Below, in pieces: positions 63,024-64,000 of a stretch of 64,000 nucleotides of DNA. Numbering within the stretch: position 1 is the first letter of the stretch; each line of letters opens with the position of its first letter. A program made the position numbers and the translations under genes. Source of the stretch: Leucoraja ocellata (lineage: Eukaryota); NCBI GenBank assembly GCA_036785375.1, contig JAWMAR010000008.1:6510001-6574000 (forward strand). Reading direction: 5' to 3'. The notes below the pieces were generated by a model. That model ran no database searches and was not told the origin of the DNA. It worked only from the letters and a program-made list of their open reading frames with translations.

Positions 63024-64000
63024 CTGCAGGAGAATGCAATTTTAAAACTGATATGTCAATAAAGCATTCTACACGGAAGGCAAAGACACGGCTAACTGGA
63101 TTAGTTATATAAAACAATATTTAATACTTCATACTTCTATAAATAGCTTTCCCTGTTTGGTAGTGTTTCAAACACTCAAGGGAAGGTTATTGAAGACAGT
63201 CGTTAAAAATCAGATTTCCAAAAATCGGGTGCACCATTTTCTAGCCATTTCCTAATATGACTTTATTTGCAAGCTTGAGAACCAAAATGAGTTTACTGGA
63301 GTCTCACGTTACATAATCAGGACAACTGAATATTTGCTTCCTCAAAACATGGTTGTTTAAGTCAAAGTCTAAATTTTATTCTCAATTTGTACTTGGGTCA
63401 TAATGTGGGTATGAGAATAAACAGAGAGTGATTTACCAGTCATTTCTCCACCATAAAATAGTGAAATAAGGTGGTATCACCTTATGTATTTACTTTCATT
63501 ATCAATAGGGGTCCTTTGGGAATTTTAAGTGGCGGTGACCAATTTTCTGCTTCAGACATTTCAGGTTGATCGATTCCTATTGGCATCCTCAGCTGGAATA
63601 TAATATTGTTCAACAACGATAAACATCCATATCCCGACAACACTCACCCCTAGATACTGTATTGTTAGCACACACAGCTCCATCTAATCAAATTACACCT
63701 CCCAAGGCATCAGATTTGATGACATCTCAAAGTTACCTAGATTCAGCTGGGTTGCATTCCTTTCAATAAAACAATAGCATGTATGCTCAGAAGCAGTCTT
63801 TAAAAACTTCAATAACTGCATTTGCTATAGTCATAAAACCACTGATCAAATCAGCTTCCTTAATTATTTTCATTGTGACTTGTCCATTCCACCCTCAGCA
63901 CCACCAGACTATCCATTTCATCAGATCTATACCATTGCGGAGTTATCTCGAGGGGCCGAATGACCTGATTCTGCTCCTATGACTAGTGAACTCCCCACAA

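Noticed and set aside
1-64000. The many 60-165 aa ORFs in the six-frame track as independent genes, operons or a prokaryotic-type system
   Set aside because: They are HIP1 exons with intronic overhang, decayed LINE/PLE fragments, or chance ORFs. The DNA is intron-rich vertebrate sequence.

Overview
Vertebrate genomic DNA. The repeat content (HE1-like V-SINEs, CR1/HER1 LINEs, Rex1/Babar LINEs, Deu-domain SINEs, Penelope-like elements) points to a cartilaginous fish, probably a skate or ray. The window is occupied by one minus-strand gene, HIP1 (huntingtin-interacting protein 1, Sla2 family). I traced 22 consecutive GT-AG coding exons from 63023 down to 3584 (2382 nt, 794 codons, all splice phases compatible). 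They correspond to human exons ~9-30 (numbering by analogy, from memory) and encode the end of the ANTH region, the clathrin-box/AP-2 motifs, the coiled coil and the THATCH (I/LWEQ) domain. The 5' exons lie beyond the window end and the terminal exon is unresolved. The introns are full of transposon debris, and there is one 200-N assembly gap. The most notable non-coding signal is a family of short Penelope-derived inserts carrying a minimal hammerhead-ribozyme motif, with inverted 5' segments and 14-18 bp target duplications; three intact-core copies lie sense to the HIP1 pre-mRNA. Also noted: GC-rich non-autonomous elements with Rex1-like tails, a Harbinger-like MITE, an inverted CR1 pair flanking a frame-preserving 588-nt exon block, HIP1R-like ancestral segments in the protein, and homeodomain-site-rich candidate enhancers in the 15.9-kb intron. 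I found no prokaryotic-type system. Repeat boundaries are approximate.
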